64,000 nt of DNA from Betaproteobacteria bacterium SG8_41 (GTDB lineage: Bacteria > Pseudomonadota > Gammaproteobacteria > Burkholderiales > SG8-41): positions 7,195 to 71,194 of the forward strand of contig LJTT01000007.1 of assembly GCA_001303585.1 (NCBI GenBank). The letters are read 5' to 3'. Shown in pieces: positions 1-10,745 of this stretch. The translations under genes and the position numbers were made by a program. How positions within the stretch are numbered: position 1 is the first letter of the stretch; every line of letters starts with the position of its first letter. The notes beneath the pieces were generated by a model. It saw only the letters and a program-made list of their open reading frames with translations. It searched no databases and had not been told where the DNA came from.

Positions 1-1025
1 AGCACGCGGGCCGCCGTCGGCGACGAGAACATCACGGTCACCTTGTTGTCCGCGACGATCTTCCACCAGATTCCGGCGTCCGGACGAATGGGCAGACCCT
101 CGTAAAGGATCGTCGTCATGCCGTAGATGAGCGGCCCGTAGACGATGTAAGAGTGGCCGACCACCCAGCCGATATCGGAGGTCGTGAACATGGTCTCGCC
201 CGGTGCGCCACAGTAAATGTGCTTCATCGACGCGGCCAGCGCCACCGCATAGCCCCCGACGTCGCGCTGCACGCCCTTGGGGTGACCGGTCGTGCCCGAG
301 GTGTAGAGAATGTAGGACGGCTCGTTCGATTCCAGCCAGGTTACGGGAACCCGGTCGCTCATGTGCTGCGCGCGCAGTTCCGCATAGTCCTCATCGCGCC
401 CTGCCGTGAGCTTCAGCTCCTTGTCGAGCCCTCGGTTGAGGATGAGGACTCTCGCCGGTGGTGACTTGGCGAGCTTGATGGCCTCGTCGTACATGGATCG
501 ATACAAAATCGCCCGACCGCCGCGCAGGCCGCCGTCCGCCGTTATCATGAGTTTGGGCTGCGCGTCATCGATTCGAGCGGCAAGGCTGTGGGCGGCGAAG
601 CCGCCGAAGACCACCGAATGAATCGCGCCAAGGCGGGCACACGCCAGCATGGCGAAAACGGCTTCCGGGACCATGGGCATGTAGATCAGCACCCGGTCAC
701 CCTTGCCCACGCCGAGCGCCCGTATCATGCCCGCGCAGCGATTTACCTCAGCGTCCAGGTCGCGGTAGGTGTAGGTGTGCTCCTGCCCGGTTTCAGTGGA
801 AATGTAGATGAGCGCTTTCTGCTCGCCGCGCGCGGCAAGATGGCGGTCAACCGCGTTGTGACACAGATTGGTGCGCCCTCCCACGAACCACCGGGCGAAC
901 GGGGGCCGGCTGTAGTCAAGAACCTGCCCGAACGGCTCGTGCCAGTCGATGAGTTTCGCCTGCTCTCCCCAGAATGTCTCGCGCTGCTCTATCGAGCGAC
1001 GGTGGAAATCCCGATAAGCGCTCAT
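1..1025 (-). CDS. prpE: Propionate--CoA ligase (runs off the left edge of the window)
   Basis: Not in the ORF track because no stop lies in the window. Manual translation from ATG 1025 gives MSAYRDFHRRSIEQRETFW...WFVGGRTNLCHNAVDRH...YILYTSGTTGHPKGVQRDVGGYAVALAASMKHIY...SDIGWVVGHSYIVYGPL, the AMP-binding motif with PrpE-type VQRD.GGYAVAL. Confidence 0.88.
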   Translation of the reverse strand, partial: MSAYRDFHRRSIEQRETFWGEQAKLIDWHEPFGQVLDYSRPPFARWFVGGRTNLCHNAVDRHLAARGEQKALIYISTETGQEHTYTYRDLDAEVNRCAGMIRALGVGKGDRVLIYMPMVPEAVFAMLACARLGAIHSVVFGGFAAHSLAARIDDAQPKLMITADGGLRGGRAILYRSMYDEAIKLAKSPPARVLILNRGLDKELKLTAGRDEDYAELRAQHMSDRVPVTWLESNEPSYILYTSGTTGHPKGVQRDVGGYAVALAASMKHIYCGAPGETMFTTSDIGWVVGHSYIVYGPLIYGMTTILYEGLPIRPDAGIWWKIVADNKVTVMFSSPTAARV

Positions 1026-1045
1026 GCCTGCCTCCTCCCAGCCAC

Positions 1046-1124
1046 GTGAGTCCTGCGTAGTGAGCAGTGAGTGGATCGGATGCAGCCCAGCATTGCCTCG
1101 GCCTGCTCGCCACTCACTAATGAC
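1046..1124. repeat. Heptamer inverted-arm intergenic element (degenerate)
   Basis: Left arm GTGAGTC CTGCGTA GTGAGCA GTGAGTG; right arm TGCTCGC CACTCAC TAATGAC. Confidence 0.5.
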
Positions 1125-1172
1125 GCCCTGCTCGTGAAAGCTTAACCCAGCGCAATCCTGGCGGACCAATAC

Positions 1173-2159
1173 TTACGAGATCTTGACGACCGCGCGGCCC
1201 CGGACCTGCGCCTTGAGCATCCGCTCGAACAGGCCGGGGAGCTCGTTGAGCTCAATGGTATACGCGATGACCGGCAAGTGGCGCGGCTTGAGATCCGATG
1301 CGAGGCGGCCCCAGACCTTGCGGCGCAGCGGCATCGGCGTGAAGCCCGAGTCCACGCCGATCAGGCGCACGCCGCGCAGGATGAAGGGGAGCACTGTGGT
1401 CTTGAGCTCGATTCCGCCCGCGTTCCCGAAACTCGCAATGAGCCCCCCCTGCTGCATTGTGCGGGTGAGCCAGGCGAGCTGCTCCCCGCCCACCGAATCG
1501 AACGCGGCGGCCCACATCGCTTTTTCCAGCGGGCGCGTCCCCATTTCCAGCGCCTGGCGCAAAAGGATTTCCGCTGCCCCGATGTCCTTGAGGAACGCCG
1601 CCTCAGCGTCCTTGCCGGTCAGGGCAACCACGTGGTGCCCGAGGCGGGCGAGCATGTCGATCGCCAGCGTCGCGACGCCGCCGGTGGCCCCGTTGACGAG
1701 AACCTTTCCGTTGGCCGGGGCCAAGCCGTTCAGCTCGAGCAGCTCGATGGCAAGCGCCGCGGTATACCCCGCGGTGCCCAGCGCCATGGCCTCGAAGCTG
1801 GTGAGGCCTGTGGGCAGCGGCACCACCCAATCCGCTGGCACGCGGCAGTATTCCGAATAGCCTCCGTCATGTGCCACGCCGAGGTCGTAGCTGGTGCAAA
1901 GGATGGCTTCACCGGACTTGAAGCGCGCGTCGCTCGAGGACACGACAGTCCCCGCGGCATCGATGCCGCCGACACGCGGAAACCCGCGGACGATCTTGCC
2001 CGCGCCGGTCGCGGCAAGCGCATCCTTGAAGTTGACGCTCGAGTACTCCACGCGGAAAACCACCTCACCTGGAGAGAGCTCGTCGAGCCGCGCCTCGACA
2101 AGCCGCCCGGCGATCTTGTCGTTATCGTTGAAGATACGAAAAGCCTTGAACGTTTCCAT
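1173..2159 (-). CDS. YhdH/AcuI family NADPH oxidoreductase (acryloyl-CoA reductase-like, MDR superfamily)
   Basis: METFKAFRI... YSSVNFKDALA, GIDAAGTV, HDGGYSEY, GTAGYTA, GATGGV, PFILRGVRLIGVDS. ATG at 2159 with GAGGAG upstream. Confidence 0.85.
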   Translation of the reverse strand: METFKAFRIFNDNDKIAGRLVEARLDELSPGEVVFRVEYSSVNFKDALAATGAGKIVRGFPRVGGIDAAGTVVSSSDARFKSGEAILCTSYDLGVAHDGGYSEYCRVPADWVVPLPTGLTSFEAMALGTAGYTAALAIELLELNGLAPANGKVLVNGATGGVATLAIDMLARLGHHVVALTGKDAEAAFLKDIGAAEILLRQALEMGTRPLEKAMWAAAFDSVGGEQLAWLTRTMQQGGLIASFGNAGGIELKTTVLPFILRGVRLIGVDSGFTPMPLRRKVWGRLASDLKPRHLPVIAYTIELNELPGLFERMLKAQVRGRAVVKIS

Positions 2160-2199
2160 GTTTTTCTCCTCTGGCGCGGCTAAAGGCGCGACACCACGT

Positions 2200-3390
2200 T
2201 CACGCGGTCTGCGGCTGGCGCGGTTCACTCAGGTACTGGGCGGTCTGCATCTCCGCAAGACGGCTCGTCGTACGGTCAAACTGAAAGATCATTGCCTTCA
2301 ACTGCGCGCTCGACGAACGCGCATCACGCACAAGCAGCTGCTCTGTCGGCGCTTCGGCCGACACCACGAGTTTCACGCGCTGGTCGTAGAGCACGTCTAC
2401 CAGCAGCGTGAAGCGCCGCGCCTCGTCGGCGCGCTCGAGCCCCATCCGCGGGACGCCCGAGACGATGATCGTATGAAAGCGCCTGGCAAGATCGAGGTAG
2501 TCGTTCTGGGATCGGCCCCAGCCGCAAATGACCTTGAAATCGAACCACACCACGCCCCCGGCACGATGCCGGTAAGGGATGACGCGGCCCTCGACGTCGA
2601 GCTCGTGAAACTCCTCCTCGACTTCAGCGATCTGCCCGAATGCGCGCATCAGGGCACGGTCGCTCTCCGGCGTCAGAGGCGAGTGGTAAGTCCTGACCTG
2701 CTGCAGCGCCCGCTTCCTATAGTCGGTGCCTCCGTCGACGTGCACCACGTCCAGTCGCTCCTTCAGCAAAGCGATGGCCGGGATGAAATCCTCGCGCTTG
2801 AGCCCGCCCTTGTACAGCTCGTCCGGATGATAGTTGGAGGTCATGCAGTAGACGACGCCGCGATCCATCGTGCGCGTCAGCAGCCGGCCGAGGATCATCG
2901 CGTCGGCGACATCGGAAATCGCGATCTCGTCGAAACAGATCAGCCGGTAGCGGCGCGCGATGCGGTCGGACAGCGCCTCGAGTGGATTGGGCCTCCCCTT
3001 GAGCTCATCGAGCTCGCGATGCACATCGCGCATGAAATGGTGGAAGTGCACCCGCCGGCGGCGAACGAGGGGCAGGCAGCGGTAGAAACTGTCCATGAGG
3101 AATGTTTTTCCCCGGCCAACGTCGCCCCACAGATAGACTCCCCGCGGCAGCTCCGGCCGCACCACGAGCCGCTGCAGCGCGGTGCGGCGCCGGCGTTTGT
3201 AAGACGACCATTCCTCGAACAGTTGCTGCAGGCGCACAACCGCGCGGTGCTGCGAATCGTCCTCGGCAAAGCCCCGTTTCTTGAGCGCCTCCTCGTAGAG
3301 ATCCAGCACCGAGGGCGCGGCAGCGGCCCGTCGCGCCACACCGTGCCCGCTGCGCTCAGCTGCCCCCGCGCTGCCGCCCGTCCTGCTCAC
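2200..3390 (-). CDS. zapE: AFG1/ZapE family ATPase
   Basis: [17 protein letters not shown] (Walker A), [32 protein letters not shown] 3390 overlaps the lpdA stop (GTGA). Typical position after lpd. Confidence 0.9.
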   Translation of the reverse strand: MSRTGGSAGAAERSGHGVARRAAAAPSVLDLYEEALKKRGFAEDDSQHRAVVRLQQLFEEWSSYKRRRRTALQRLVVRPELPRGVYLWGDVGRGKTFLMDSFYRCLPLVRRRRVHFHHFMRDVHRELDELKGRPNPLEALSDRIARRYRLICFDEIAISDVADAMILGRLLTRTMDRGVVYCMTSNYHPDELYKGGLKREDFIPAIALLKERLDVVHVDGGTDYRKRALQQVRTYHSPLTPESDRALMRAFGQIAEVEEEFHELDVEGRVIPYRHRAGGVVWFDFKVICGWGRSQNDYLDLARRFHTIIVSGVPRMGLERADEARRFTLLVDVLYDQRVKLVVSAEAPTEQLLVRDARSSSAQLKAMIFQFDRTTSRLAEMQTAQYLSEPRQPQTA

Positions 3391-4814
3391 AGGTTGAGGG
3401 TGCGCTTGTCGACGGCGAGCGCCGCCTCCTTCATCGCCTCGGACAGAGACGGATGCGCGTGGCATATCAAAGCGATGTCTTCCGCAGTGGCGTGAAATTC
3501 CATCGCGACCACCGCTTCCGCGATCATCTCGGAGGCCATCGGACCGATGATGTGCACGCCGAGGATGCGGTCGGTCGCTGCATCGGCCAGAAATTTGACA
3601 AACCCCCGCGTGTCGCCCATCGCCCGGGCGCGGCCATTCGCCATGAACGGGAACGAGCCTGCGCGATATGCAACACCGTCGTTTTTCAGCTGCTGTTCCG
3701 TCCTGCCCACCCAGGCGATTTCCGGCGCGGTATAAACCACCCACGGCACGGTGTTGAAATCAACATGACCGTGCTGGCCGGCGATGCGCTGCGCGACCGC
3801 CACACCCTCCTCCTCGGCCTTGTGCGCCAGCATGGGCCCACGCACGACATCACCGATGGCCCAAATATCAGGCAGATTGGTGCGGCAATCGGCATCGACC
3901 TCGATGAAGCCACGCCGGTCGAGCTTCAGCCCCGCCGCCGCGGCCTCCAGGCCTTCGGTGTTTGGAACGCGCCCGATCGACACGATCAACCGGTCGCACT
4001 CGAGTTTGTGCGCGCCGTTCGGGCCGGCGTATTCGATGCTGACGCCCTTTTTACTCGCCGTGACCCGGGTGATCTTGGCGCCAAGGACGATGTCGAGCCC
4101 CTGCTCTTTTGTGAATATCTTCCAGGCGGCCTCGGCCAACGTCTCGTCCGCCGCCGGCAGGAAGGTATCCAGCATCTCGAGCAGCATCACCTCGGCTCCC
4201 AGCCGGCGCCACACGCTGCCCATCTCGAGACCGATCACACCGGCACCGATGACCCCGAGCCGTTTCGGGACCTCGGCCAGGGCAAGCGCTCCGGCGTTGT
4301 CCAGGATCTGCGCGTTGTCGAACGGCGCCCCGGGAAGCGGGCGCGGCTTTGACCCCGTCGCCACGATGACGTGTCTCGCGGTCACGGTCTCTTCGGCAGT
4401 GCCCTTCACCCTGATCTGCCATCCCCCGGCGCTTCCGCCAGCGAAACTGCCGCGTCCGTGGAAAAACATCACCTTGTTCTTCTTGAAGAGATAGGCAATC
4501 CCCTCGTTGTTCTGGCGCACCACCTTGTTCTTGCGCTTGAGCATCTGCGCGAGGTCGAGCTCCACGCTGCCAACCCGTATTCCATGCTCGCCAAACGCAT
4601 GCACCGCGTGATCGTAGTTCTCGGAGGACTGGAGCAGCGCTTTCGAGGGAATGCATCCGACGTTGGTGCAAGTGCCGCCGAGCGCCGGTTTGCCATCCGC
4701 CCTCATCCACTCGTCGATGCAGGCGGTCTTGAGCCCGAGCTGCGCCGCGCGTATCGCGGCGATATAACCGCCGGGGCCGCCACCAATTACCACGACATCG
4801 AACATTTTGCTCAT
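3387..4814 (-). CDS. lpdA: Dihydrolipoyl dehydrogenase (E3)
   Basis: [19 protein letters not shown] redox disulfide, [16 protein letters not shown]. Confidence 0.97.
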   Translation of the reverse strand: MSKMFDVVVIGGGPGGYIAAIRAAQLGLKTACIDEWMRADGKPALGGTCTNVGCIPSKALLQSSENYDHAVHAFGEHGIRVGSVELDLAQMLKRKNKVVRQNNEGIAYLFKKNKVMFFHGRGSFAGGSAGGWQIRVKGTAEETVTARHVIVATGSKPRPLPGAPFDNAQILDNAGALALAEVPKRLGVIGAGVIGLEMGSVWRRLGAEVMLLEMLDTFLPAADETLAEAAWKIFTKEQGLDIVLGAKITRVTASKKGVSIEYAGPNGAHKLECDRLIVSIGRVPNTEGLEAAAAGLKLDRRGFIEVDADCRTNLPDIWAIGDVVRGPMLAHKAEEEGVAVAQRIAGQHGHVDFNTVPWVVYTAPEIAWVGRTEQQLKNDGVAYRAGSFPFMANGRARAMGDTRGFVKFLADAATDRILGVHIIGPMASEMIAEAVVAMEFHATAEDIALICHAHPSLSEAMKEAALAVDKRTLNL

Positions 4815-4822
4815 GGCGAGAA

Positions 4823-4899
4823 GTGATCCGTGACCAGTTACGAGTGACCGGTAGGCGTTCCGTGTTTTAACCAGTTACTGGTCACGGGTCACAGGTCAC
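4823..4899. repeat. Heptamer inverted-arm intergenic element
   Basis: Left arm GTGATCC GTGACCA GTTACGA GTGACCG; right arm CAGTTAC TGGTCAC GGGTCAC AGGTCAC. Fills the sucB-lpdA gap. Confidence 0.85.
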
Positions 4900-4904
4900 G
4901 AACT

Positions 4905-6116
4905 TCAGATATCAAGCAGGATGCGCGCGGGATCCTCGAGCGCTTCCTTGATGGCGATGAGCGAGAGCACCGCCTCGCGCCCGTCGATGATGCGGTGGTC
5001 GTAGGACAGCGCAAGGTAGTTCACCGGGCGGATCACCACCTGGCCGTTTTCCGCGACCGGGCGATCACGCGTCGCGTGCACGCCCAATATCGCGCTCTGC
5101 GGCGGATTGATGATGGGCGTCGACAGCATCGAGCCGAAGACGCCGCCATTCGAGATCGAGAACGTCCCGCCGGTGAGATCCTCGAGGCCGAGCTTACCTT
5201 CCTGGGCCCGGGCGCCGAAATCGGCGATTGTCTTTTCGATCTCGGCAAGCGTCAACTGGTCGGCATTGCGGATGATTGGAACCACCAGCCCGCGCGGACT
5301 CGCCACCGCCATGCCGATGTCGTAGTAGCCGTGATAGACGACGTCATTCCCGTCGATCGACGCGTTGACGACCGGATAGCGCCGCAATGCGTGGACCGCA
5401 GCCTTGACGAAAAACGACATGAAGCCGAGCCTGACGCCATGCTCTTTCTCGAAGCGCTCCTTGTAGCGATTGCGCAGGTCGATCACCGGCTGCATGTTGA
5501 CTTCGTTGAAGGTCGTGAGAATCGCCGCCGTCTGCTGTGACTGCACCAGGCGCTCGGCAATGCGCGCCCGCAGCCTCGACATCGGCACCCGCTGCTCAGG
5601 GCGCAAGCCCAGTGCGCCGAGGTCCACGCTCGGGGCCGGCGCGCGGCTCCGCGCTTCCGGCGCCTTGGCAGGGGACGCCTCGCCGGCTTCGAGGGCGTGG
5701 ATCACATCTTCCTTGGTCACACGCCCGCCGCGGCCGGTGCCCGCGATTGCGGAGGTATCGACGTGTCTTTCGGCCGCCAGCTTCTGGGCCGCCGGCATCG
5801 CCGCCGCGACCGGCTTTGCTTCCGTCCGGGCGGGAGCCTTCACTTCAGCCGCTGGGAATGCTTTCGCCTCCGGCTTGGCATCGGTATCGATCTGAGCAAT
5901 GACTTCCTTGCTCACCACCGTGCCGCCGTCGCCTTTGATGATTTTCACGAGCACGCCTGCGTCGGGCGCCGGCGTCTCGAGCACGACCTTGTCGGTCTCG
6001 ATATCCACCAGATTCTCGTCCCGCTTGACGAAATCACCCGGCTTCTTGTGCCACGAGAGCAGCGTCGCCTCGGCCACTGACTCCGAAAGCTGGGGAACCT
6101 TAACCTCGATCAGCAT
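4905..6116 (-). CDS. sucB: Dihydrolipoyllysine-residue succinyltransferase (E2o)
   Basis: Lipoyl domain IETDKV, E3-binding [12 protein letters not shown], catalytic YDHRIIDG. Confidence 0.97.
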   Translation of the reverse strand: MLIEVKVPQLSESVAEATLLSWHKKPGDFVKRDENLVDIETDKVVLETPAPDAGVLVKIIKGDGGTVVSKEVIAQIDTDAKPEAKAFPAAEVKAPARTEAKPVAAAMPAAQKLAAERHVDTSAIAGTGRGGRVTKEDVIHALEAGEASPAKAPEARSRAPAPSVDLGALGLRPEQRVPMSRLRARIAERLVQSQQTAAILTTFNEVNMQPVIDLRNRYKERFEKEHGVRLGFMSFFVKAAVHALRRYPVVNASIDGNDVVYHGYYDIGMAVASPRGLVVPIIRNADQLTLAEIEKTIADFGARAQEGKLGLEDLTGGTFSISNGGVFGSMLSTPIINPPQSAILGVHATRDRPVAENGQVVIRPVNYLALSYDHRIIDGREAVLSLIAIKEALEDPARILLDI

Positions 6117-6139
6117 ATCAATTCCGTGTTACGGCAGGC

Positions 6140-9031
6140 CTAGTATTCCTCGCCCGCCGAGAGCGGACGCGGCTGTTGCGTCACCCTGCGAGGCTCGCTG
6201 CCCCCAGACATCGTCAGCGCCTGTTCGACCAGCTCTTTCTGCTGCTTGTCGTGCAGCAGCTTGTAGCCGGGCGCCGGGCTCGCCGAAGACTCGCGGCCAG
6301 CATAGAAGATCTTCTGGTGCGGCAGCAAGTGCCGCAACAGGTAGTGCTGGATATGGCGCCAGGCGCCTTGATTGCGCGGTTCCTCCTGGCACCAGACGAT
6401 TTCGGACGCATTCTTGTAGCGCTCGATCTGGGCACGGAAATCCTCGTGCGGGAAGGGGTAGAGCTGGGCAATACGCACCAGCGGCAGATTCTTCACGCCC
6501 TGCGTGCGGCGCGCGGTACGCAAATCGTAGTAGACCTTCCCGCTGCAGAAGATGACCCGCTCCACCTTGTCCGGCTCGATCTCCTGGGAATCCCAGTCCT
6601 CGTTGACCGGACGGAAGCGGTCGTTCGCAAACTCTTCCAGCGGCGACACGGACTCCTTGTGCCGCAGCAGGCTCTTGGGCGTGAACATGATGAGCGGCTT
6701 GCGGTACGGCCGGATGATTTGCCGCCGCAGCAGGTAATACATCTGCACCGGCGTGGCGGGCACGCAGACCTGCATGTTGTAGTCCGCGCACAGTTGCAGG
6801 AAACGCTCGATGCGCCCGGAGGAATGCTCGGGGCCGGCGCCCTCGTAGGCATGCGGAAGGAACAGCGTCAGGCCGCACATACGGCCCCACTTCACTTCAC
6901 CGGCGGCGATGAACTGGTCGATCACCACCTGTGCTCCGTTCGCAAAATCGCCGTATTGAGCTTCCCAGATGACAAGCTCGTTCGGCGATGACGTGGCGTA
7001 GCCGTACTCGAAGCCGAGCACGGCCTCTTCCGAAAGCACCGAATCAATGACCGCGAAATCGCCCTGGTTCACGCTCACGTGCTGCAGCGGCACATAGCTG
7101 TTTTGGCCCCAGCGCTCGCGATTCTGATCGTGCAGCACGGCATGGCGGTGAAAGAACGTGCCGCGCGCGGAATCCTGGCCGGAGATGCGGATCGAGTGGC
7201 CTTCGTTCAGCAGCGTTGCATAGGCCAGCGTCTCCGCCATGCCCCAGTCGATCGGAAGCTTGCCCTCGGCCATCAGGCGCCGATCGCTCATGATGCGCTC
7301 GACTCGCGGGTGGAGCTTGAGACCTTTCGGGACGTCCGTGACCTTGCGACCCAGCTCCTGCAGCAGTTCGAGCGGCAGCCGCGTGTCGTCCTCTTCGTTC
7401 CATTTCGTGTTCCTGAATGGCTTCCAGTTCGTCTCGAACGGCGGCCGATAGTCTGCCATGATGGTCTTGTTCGTGTGATGGCCGGTGTCGAGCGCGGAGC
7501 GAAAGACCTTGATCATCTCCTCGCGCTCGTCCTCGCCAATGACACCTTCCTCAGCCAGCTTGGTTCCGTAGAGGCTGCTCGGCGTCGGAAGATGGTGAAT
7601 CCTCTTGTACATGAGCGGTTGGGTGACCATCGGCTCGTCCTGCTCGTTGTGTCCGAGCCGGCGGTAACAGACGATGTCGACGACCACGTCCTTGTGAAAC
7701 TGCATGCGATAGTCGAGGGCAATCTCGGTGACCATGCAAACCGCCTCCGGGTCGTTTCCGTTGACATGGAAAATGGGGACTTCCAGCATCTTGGAGACGT
7801 CGGTGCAGTAAAGGGTCGAGCGCGCGTCCCGCGGGTCCGAGGTCGTGAAGCCGATCTGATTGTTGATGATGATGTGTATGGTGCCGCCCGTGCCGTAGCC
7901 TCGCGTCTGCGCCAGGTTTAGCGTCTCCATCACCACGCCCTGCCCCGAGTACGAGGCATCGCCGTGGATCAGGACGGGCAGCACCTGGTCGCCCTGATGG
8001 TCTCCGCGGCGATGCTGCCTTGCCCGTACCGATCCCTCGACCACAGGGTTCACGATTTCGAGATGCGAGGGATTGAAGGCCACTGTGACGTGCATTGGCC
8101 CGCCCGGCGTTATCACGTTGGCGGAGAAACCGTCGTGATACCTCACGTCACCCGCCAGAGTCTCGACCGCGTGCTTGCCCTCGAATTCTGCGAAAAGAAC
8201 CCCCGGCATCTTGCCAAGGGTATTGACGAGCACGTTGAGACGCCCGCGATGCGCCATGCCGATGACCAGCTCCTGCACGCCGGCGGCCCCGGAACGCTGC
8301 AGCAAATTGTCGAGCATGGGTATCAGGCTGTCGCCGCCCTCGAGCGAGAAACGCGTCTGACCGACGTAGCGGGTGTGGAGGTACTTTTCCAAGGTTTCCG
8401 CAGCAATCAGCCGCTCGAGGATGTGCTTCTTGTATTCGGCGTCGTAGCTCGGCGTGGCGCGCGGTCCTTCGAGACGCTCTGAAATCCAGCGTTTCTGCGG
8501 CACGTCCGAGATGTACATGTACTCCGCACCGATCGAGCGGCAGTAGGTATCCTTGAGGAACTGCAAGATGTCCCTCAGTTTCATCTCCCGCGGCCCGACG
8601 AGCGTACCCGTATTGAACACCGCGTCCAGGTCTGCTTCGGTAAGCCCGTAGAACGCGGGGTCGAGCTCTGCAATGTCGGGCTTCGGCAGGCGTTTAAGGG
8701 GATCCAGATCCGCATGACGAACGCCCTGGAAGCGGTGCGCCGATATGAGCTGAAGGACGGCGAACTGCTTCTGCCAGGCGCCCTCTCCGGCCGGGGTGGG
8801 CCCGGCAGCCACCACCGGGCGCCGCTCGCGGGCAAGCCTTACGAAACGCTCCTGGATCTCGAAATGCGAGACGTCAGGCGCACCGTCGTCGAGTTTCTGC
8901 AACTCGTCGAAATAGGCACGCCAGCGCGGCTCGACCGAGGCAGGGTCGTTGAGATAAGCCTCGTACAGCGCTTCGATGAACGGCGCATTCGCGCCGAACA
9001 AATAGGAATTGCCCAGCATCTGCTTCATCAT
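6140..9031 (-). CDS. sucA: 2-oxoglutarate dehydrogenase E1 (several atypical motif residues)
   Basis: GMAHRGRLN, FNPSHLE, HGDA..GQG...NNQIGFTT, GHNE, GPEHSS; in an operon with sucB-lpdA. Confidence 0.95.
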   Translation of the reverse strand: MMKQMLGNSYLFGANAPFIEALYEAYLNDPASVEPRWRAYFDELQKLDDGAPDVSHFEIQERFVRLARERRPVVAAGPTPAGEGAWQKQFAVLQLISAHRFQGVRHADLDPLKRLPKPDIAELDPAFYGLTEADLDAVFNTGTLVGPREMKLRDILQFLKDTYCRSIGAEYMYISDVPQKRWISERLEGPRATPSYDAEYKKHILERLIAAETLEKYLHTRYVGQTRFSLEGGDSLIPMLDNLLQRSGAAGVQELVIGMAHRGRLNVLVNTLGKMPGVLFAEFEGKHAVETLAGDVRYHDGFSANVITPGGPMHVTVAFNPSHLEIVNPVVEGSVRARQHRRGDHQGDQVLPVLIHGDASYSGQGVVMETLNLAQTRGYGTGGTIHIIINNQIGFTTSDPRDARSTLYCTDVSKMLEVPIFHVNGNDPEAVCMVTEIALDYRMQFHKDVVVDIVCYRRLGHNEQDEPMVTQPLMYKRIHHLPTPSSLYGTKLAEEGVIGEDEREEMIKVFRSALDTGHHTNKTIMADYRPPFETNWKPFRNTKWNEEDDTRLPLELLQELGRKVTDVPKGLKLHPRVERIMSDRRLMAEGKLPIDWGMAETLAYATLLNEGHSIRISGQDSARGTFFHRHAVLHDQNRERWGQNSYVPLQHVSVNQGDFAVIDSVLSEEAVLGFEYGYATSSPNELVIWEAQYGDFANGAQVVIDQFIAAGEVKWGRMCGLTLFLPHAYEGAGPEHSSGRIERFLQLCADYNMQVCVPATPVQMYYLLRRQIIRPYRKPLIMFTPKSLLRHKESVSPLEEFANDRFRPVNEDWDSQEIEPDKVERVIFCSGKVYYDLRTARRTQGVKNLPLVRIAQLYPFPHEDFRAQIERYKNASEIVWCQEEPRNQGAWRHIQHYLLRHLLPHQKIFYAGRESSASPAPGYKLLHDKQQKELVEQALTMSGGSEPRRVTQQPRPLSAGEEY

Positions 9032-9137
9032 CGGCGAACCCGCTCCAACTTCAGTGTTGAATCGTGAGTACTGAATGCCGTATCAACACCGCAGAAACGG
9101 GCAATTCAAAACCGGACATCAAGCGTTCAACATTGCT

Positions 9138-10436
9138 CTATTTGCGTTTGCCCATCGGAACGAAGTCGCGCCGCTTTGCGCCCGCGAACAGCTGGCGCGG
9201 GCGGCCGATCTTCTGCTCCGGATCGCTGATCAACTCGTTCCACTGAGCGATCCAGCCCACCGTCCGCGCGAGCGCAAAAATCGCCGTGAACATGCTCACC
9301 GGTATCCCGAGCGCCTTGTAGACGATACCGGAATAGAAGTCGACGTTGGGATAGAGCTTGCGTTGGATGAAGTAGTCGTCCTCCAGGGCCACTTTCTCGA
9401 GCGCGATGGCAAGCTTGAAAAGCTTGTCGTCTTTCAGGTCGAGTTCCTCGAGGACCTCGTGGCATGTCTTCTGGATGATCTTGGCGCGCGGGTCGTAATT
9501 CTTGTAGACCCGATGGCCGAAGCCCATGAGCATGGCGTGGCCGTCCTTTTCCTTGACTCGCTTGATGAACGACGGGATGTTCTTGGCGTCGTCGATTTCT
9601 CCGAGCATCTTCAGCACGGCTTCGTTGGCGCCCCCGTGCGCCGGACCCCAGAGGCTCGCGATTCCCGCCGAAATGCAGGCAAACGGATTGGCGCCCGTTG
9701 AGCCGGCGAGGCGCACCGTGGAGGTCGAGGCGTTCTGCTCGTGATCGGCATGCAGAATGAGCACACGCTCCATCGCGCGCGAGAGCACCGGGTTGGGCTT
9801 GTAGTCGTCGCACGGCGTGCCGAACATCATGTACATGAAATTGTCGACATACGACAGGGCATTCCTGGGATACATGAACGGCTGGCCCAGGTTGTACTTG
9901 TAGGTCATCGCCGTGATGGTCGGCAGCTTGGCGATCAGGCGAAACGCGGAGATCTCGCGGCTGCGGGCATCGTGGATGTCGATCGAATCGTGGTAGAACG
10001 CGGAGAGCGCGCCCACCACCCCGCAGACCACTGCCATCGGATGCGCGTCGCGCCGGAACCCGGTGTAGAAACGGGAAAGCTGCTCGTGCACCATGGTGTG
10101 CCGGGTGACAAGCTCAACAAAATCATCCAGCTGTTTCTTGTTGGGCAGCTCGCCGTTCAGGATCAGGTAGGCCACCTCGAGAAAACTGCAGTTTTCGGCC
10201 AGCTGCTCGATCGGGTAGCCGCGGTATTGAAGAATGCCCGCGTCGCCGTCGATGTACGTGATGTTGGAGCGGCAACTGGCCGTGGACATGAAACCGGGAT
10301 CGTAGGTGAACTTTCCGGTCTTCCCGTAGAGCGCGCGCACGTCGATGACATCGGGGCCTTCGCTGCCACCCAGCACCGGGAAATCGATCGAAGGGGTGCC
10401 GTCACTGAAACTCAGCGTCGCCAGTTTCTCAGCCAT
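9138..10436 (-). CDS. gltA: Citrate synthase (type II, Gram-negative)
   Basis: [53 protein letters not shown]. Confidence 0.97.
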   Translation of the reverse strand: MAEKLATLSFSDGTPSIDFPVLGGSEGPDVIDVRALYGKTGKFTYDPGFMSTASCRSNITYIDGDAGILQYRGYPIEQLAENCSFLEVAYLILNGELPNKKQLDDFVELVTRHTMVHEQLSRFYTGFRRDAHPMAVVCGVVGALSAFYHDSIDIHDARSREISAFRLIAKLPTITAMTYKYNLGQPFMYPRNALSYVDNFMYMMFGTPCDDYKPNPVLSRAMERVLILHADHEQNASTSTVRLAGSTGANPFACISAGIASLWGPAHGGANEAVLKMLGEIDDAKNIPSFIKRVKEKDGHAMLMGFGHRVYKNYDPRAKIIQKTCHEVLEELDLKDDKLFKLAIALEKVALEDDYFIQRKLYPNVDFYSGIVYKALGIPVSMFTAIFALARTVGWIAQWNELISDPEQKIGRPRQLFAGAKRRDFVPMGKRK

Positions 10437-10502
10437 GACTATCTCCGTTTATTTAATAGGTTATTTAAGTTTATTCACGTAACACTTTACATCGGATCTG
10501 GC

Positions 10503-10736
10503 TCACGAGGCGCGCAGCAACTCCACAACGTGCTGGTAGCGCCGATCGGCCGGGGCACTTCTGCCCAATGCCCAATCGAGAAGGTCATTGTCGGGGCGCT
10601 CCAGCAGCTCCTTGAACAACGCCTGCGCCTCGGCATCGAGGCCTTCGTAATGTCGGTCCATAAAACGCGCAAGAATCAGGTCGAGCTCCAGCAATCCGCG
10701 GCGGCAATGCCAACGCACCCGATCGGCCTCTGACAT
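10503..10736 (-). CDS. sdhE: Succinate dehydrogenase flavinylation factor
   Basis: RWHCRRGLLELD (RGxxE motif), 77 aa, between sdhB and gltA. Confidence 0.93.
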   Translation of the reverse strand: MSEADRVRWHCRRGLLELDLILARFMDRHYEGLDAEAQALFKELLERPDNDLLDWALGRSAPADRRYQHVVELLRAS

Positions 10737-10745
10737 GCCGGCCTT

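Noticed and set aside
153-1049. Plus-strand ORFs, and the many long antisense ORFs throughout (e.g. 1894-3495, 19018-20502, 23845-25257, 59619-61094)
   Set aside because: Shadow ORFs opposite well-supported genes, as expected in high-GC DNA; no recognisable motifs.
9032-9137. sucA RNA motif
   Set aside because: I cannot match it by eye; the region looks like a degenerate heptamer element. An Rfam search is needed.
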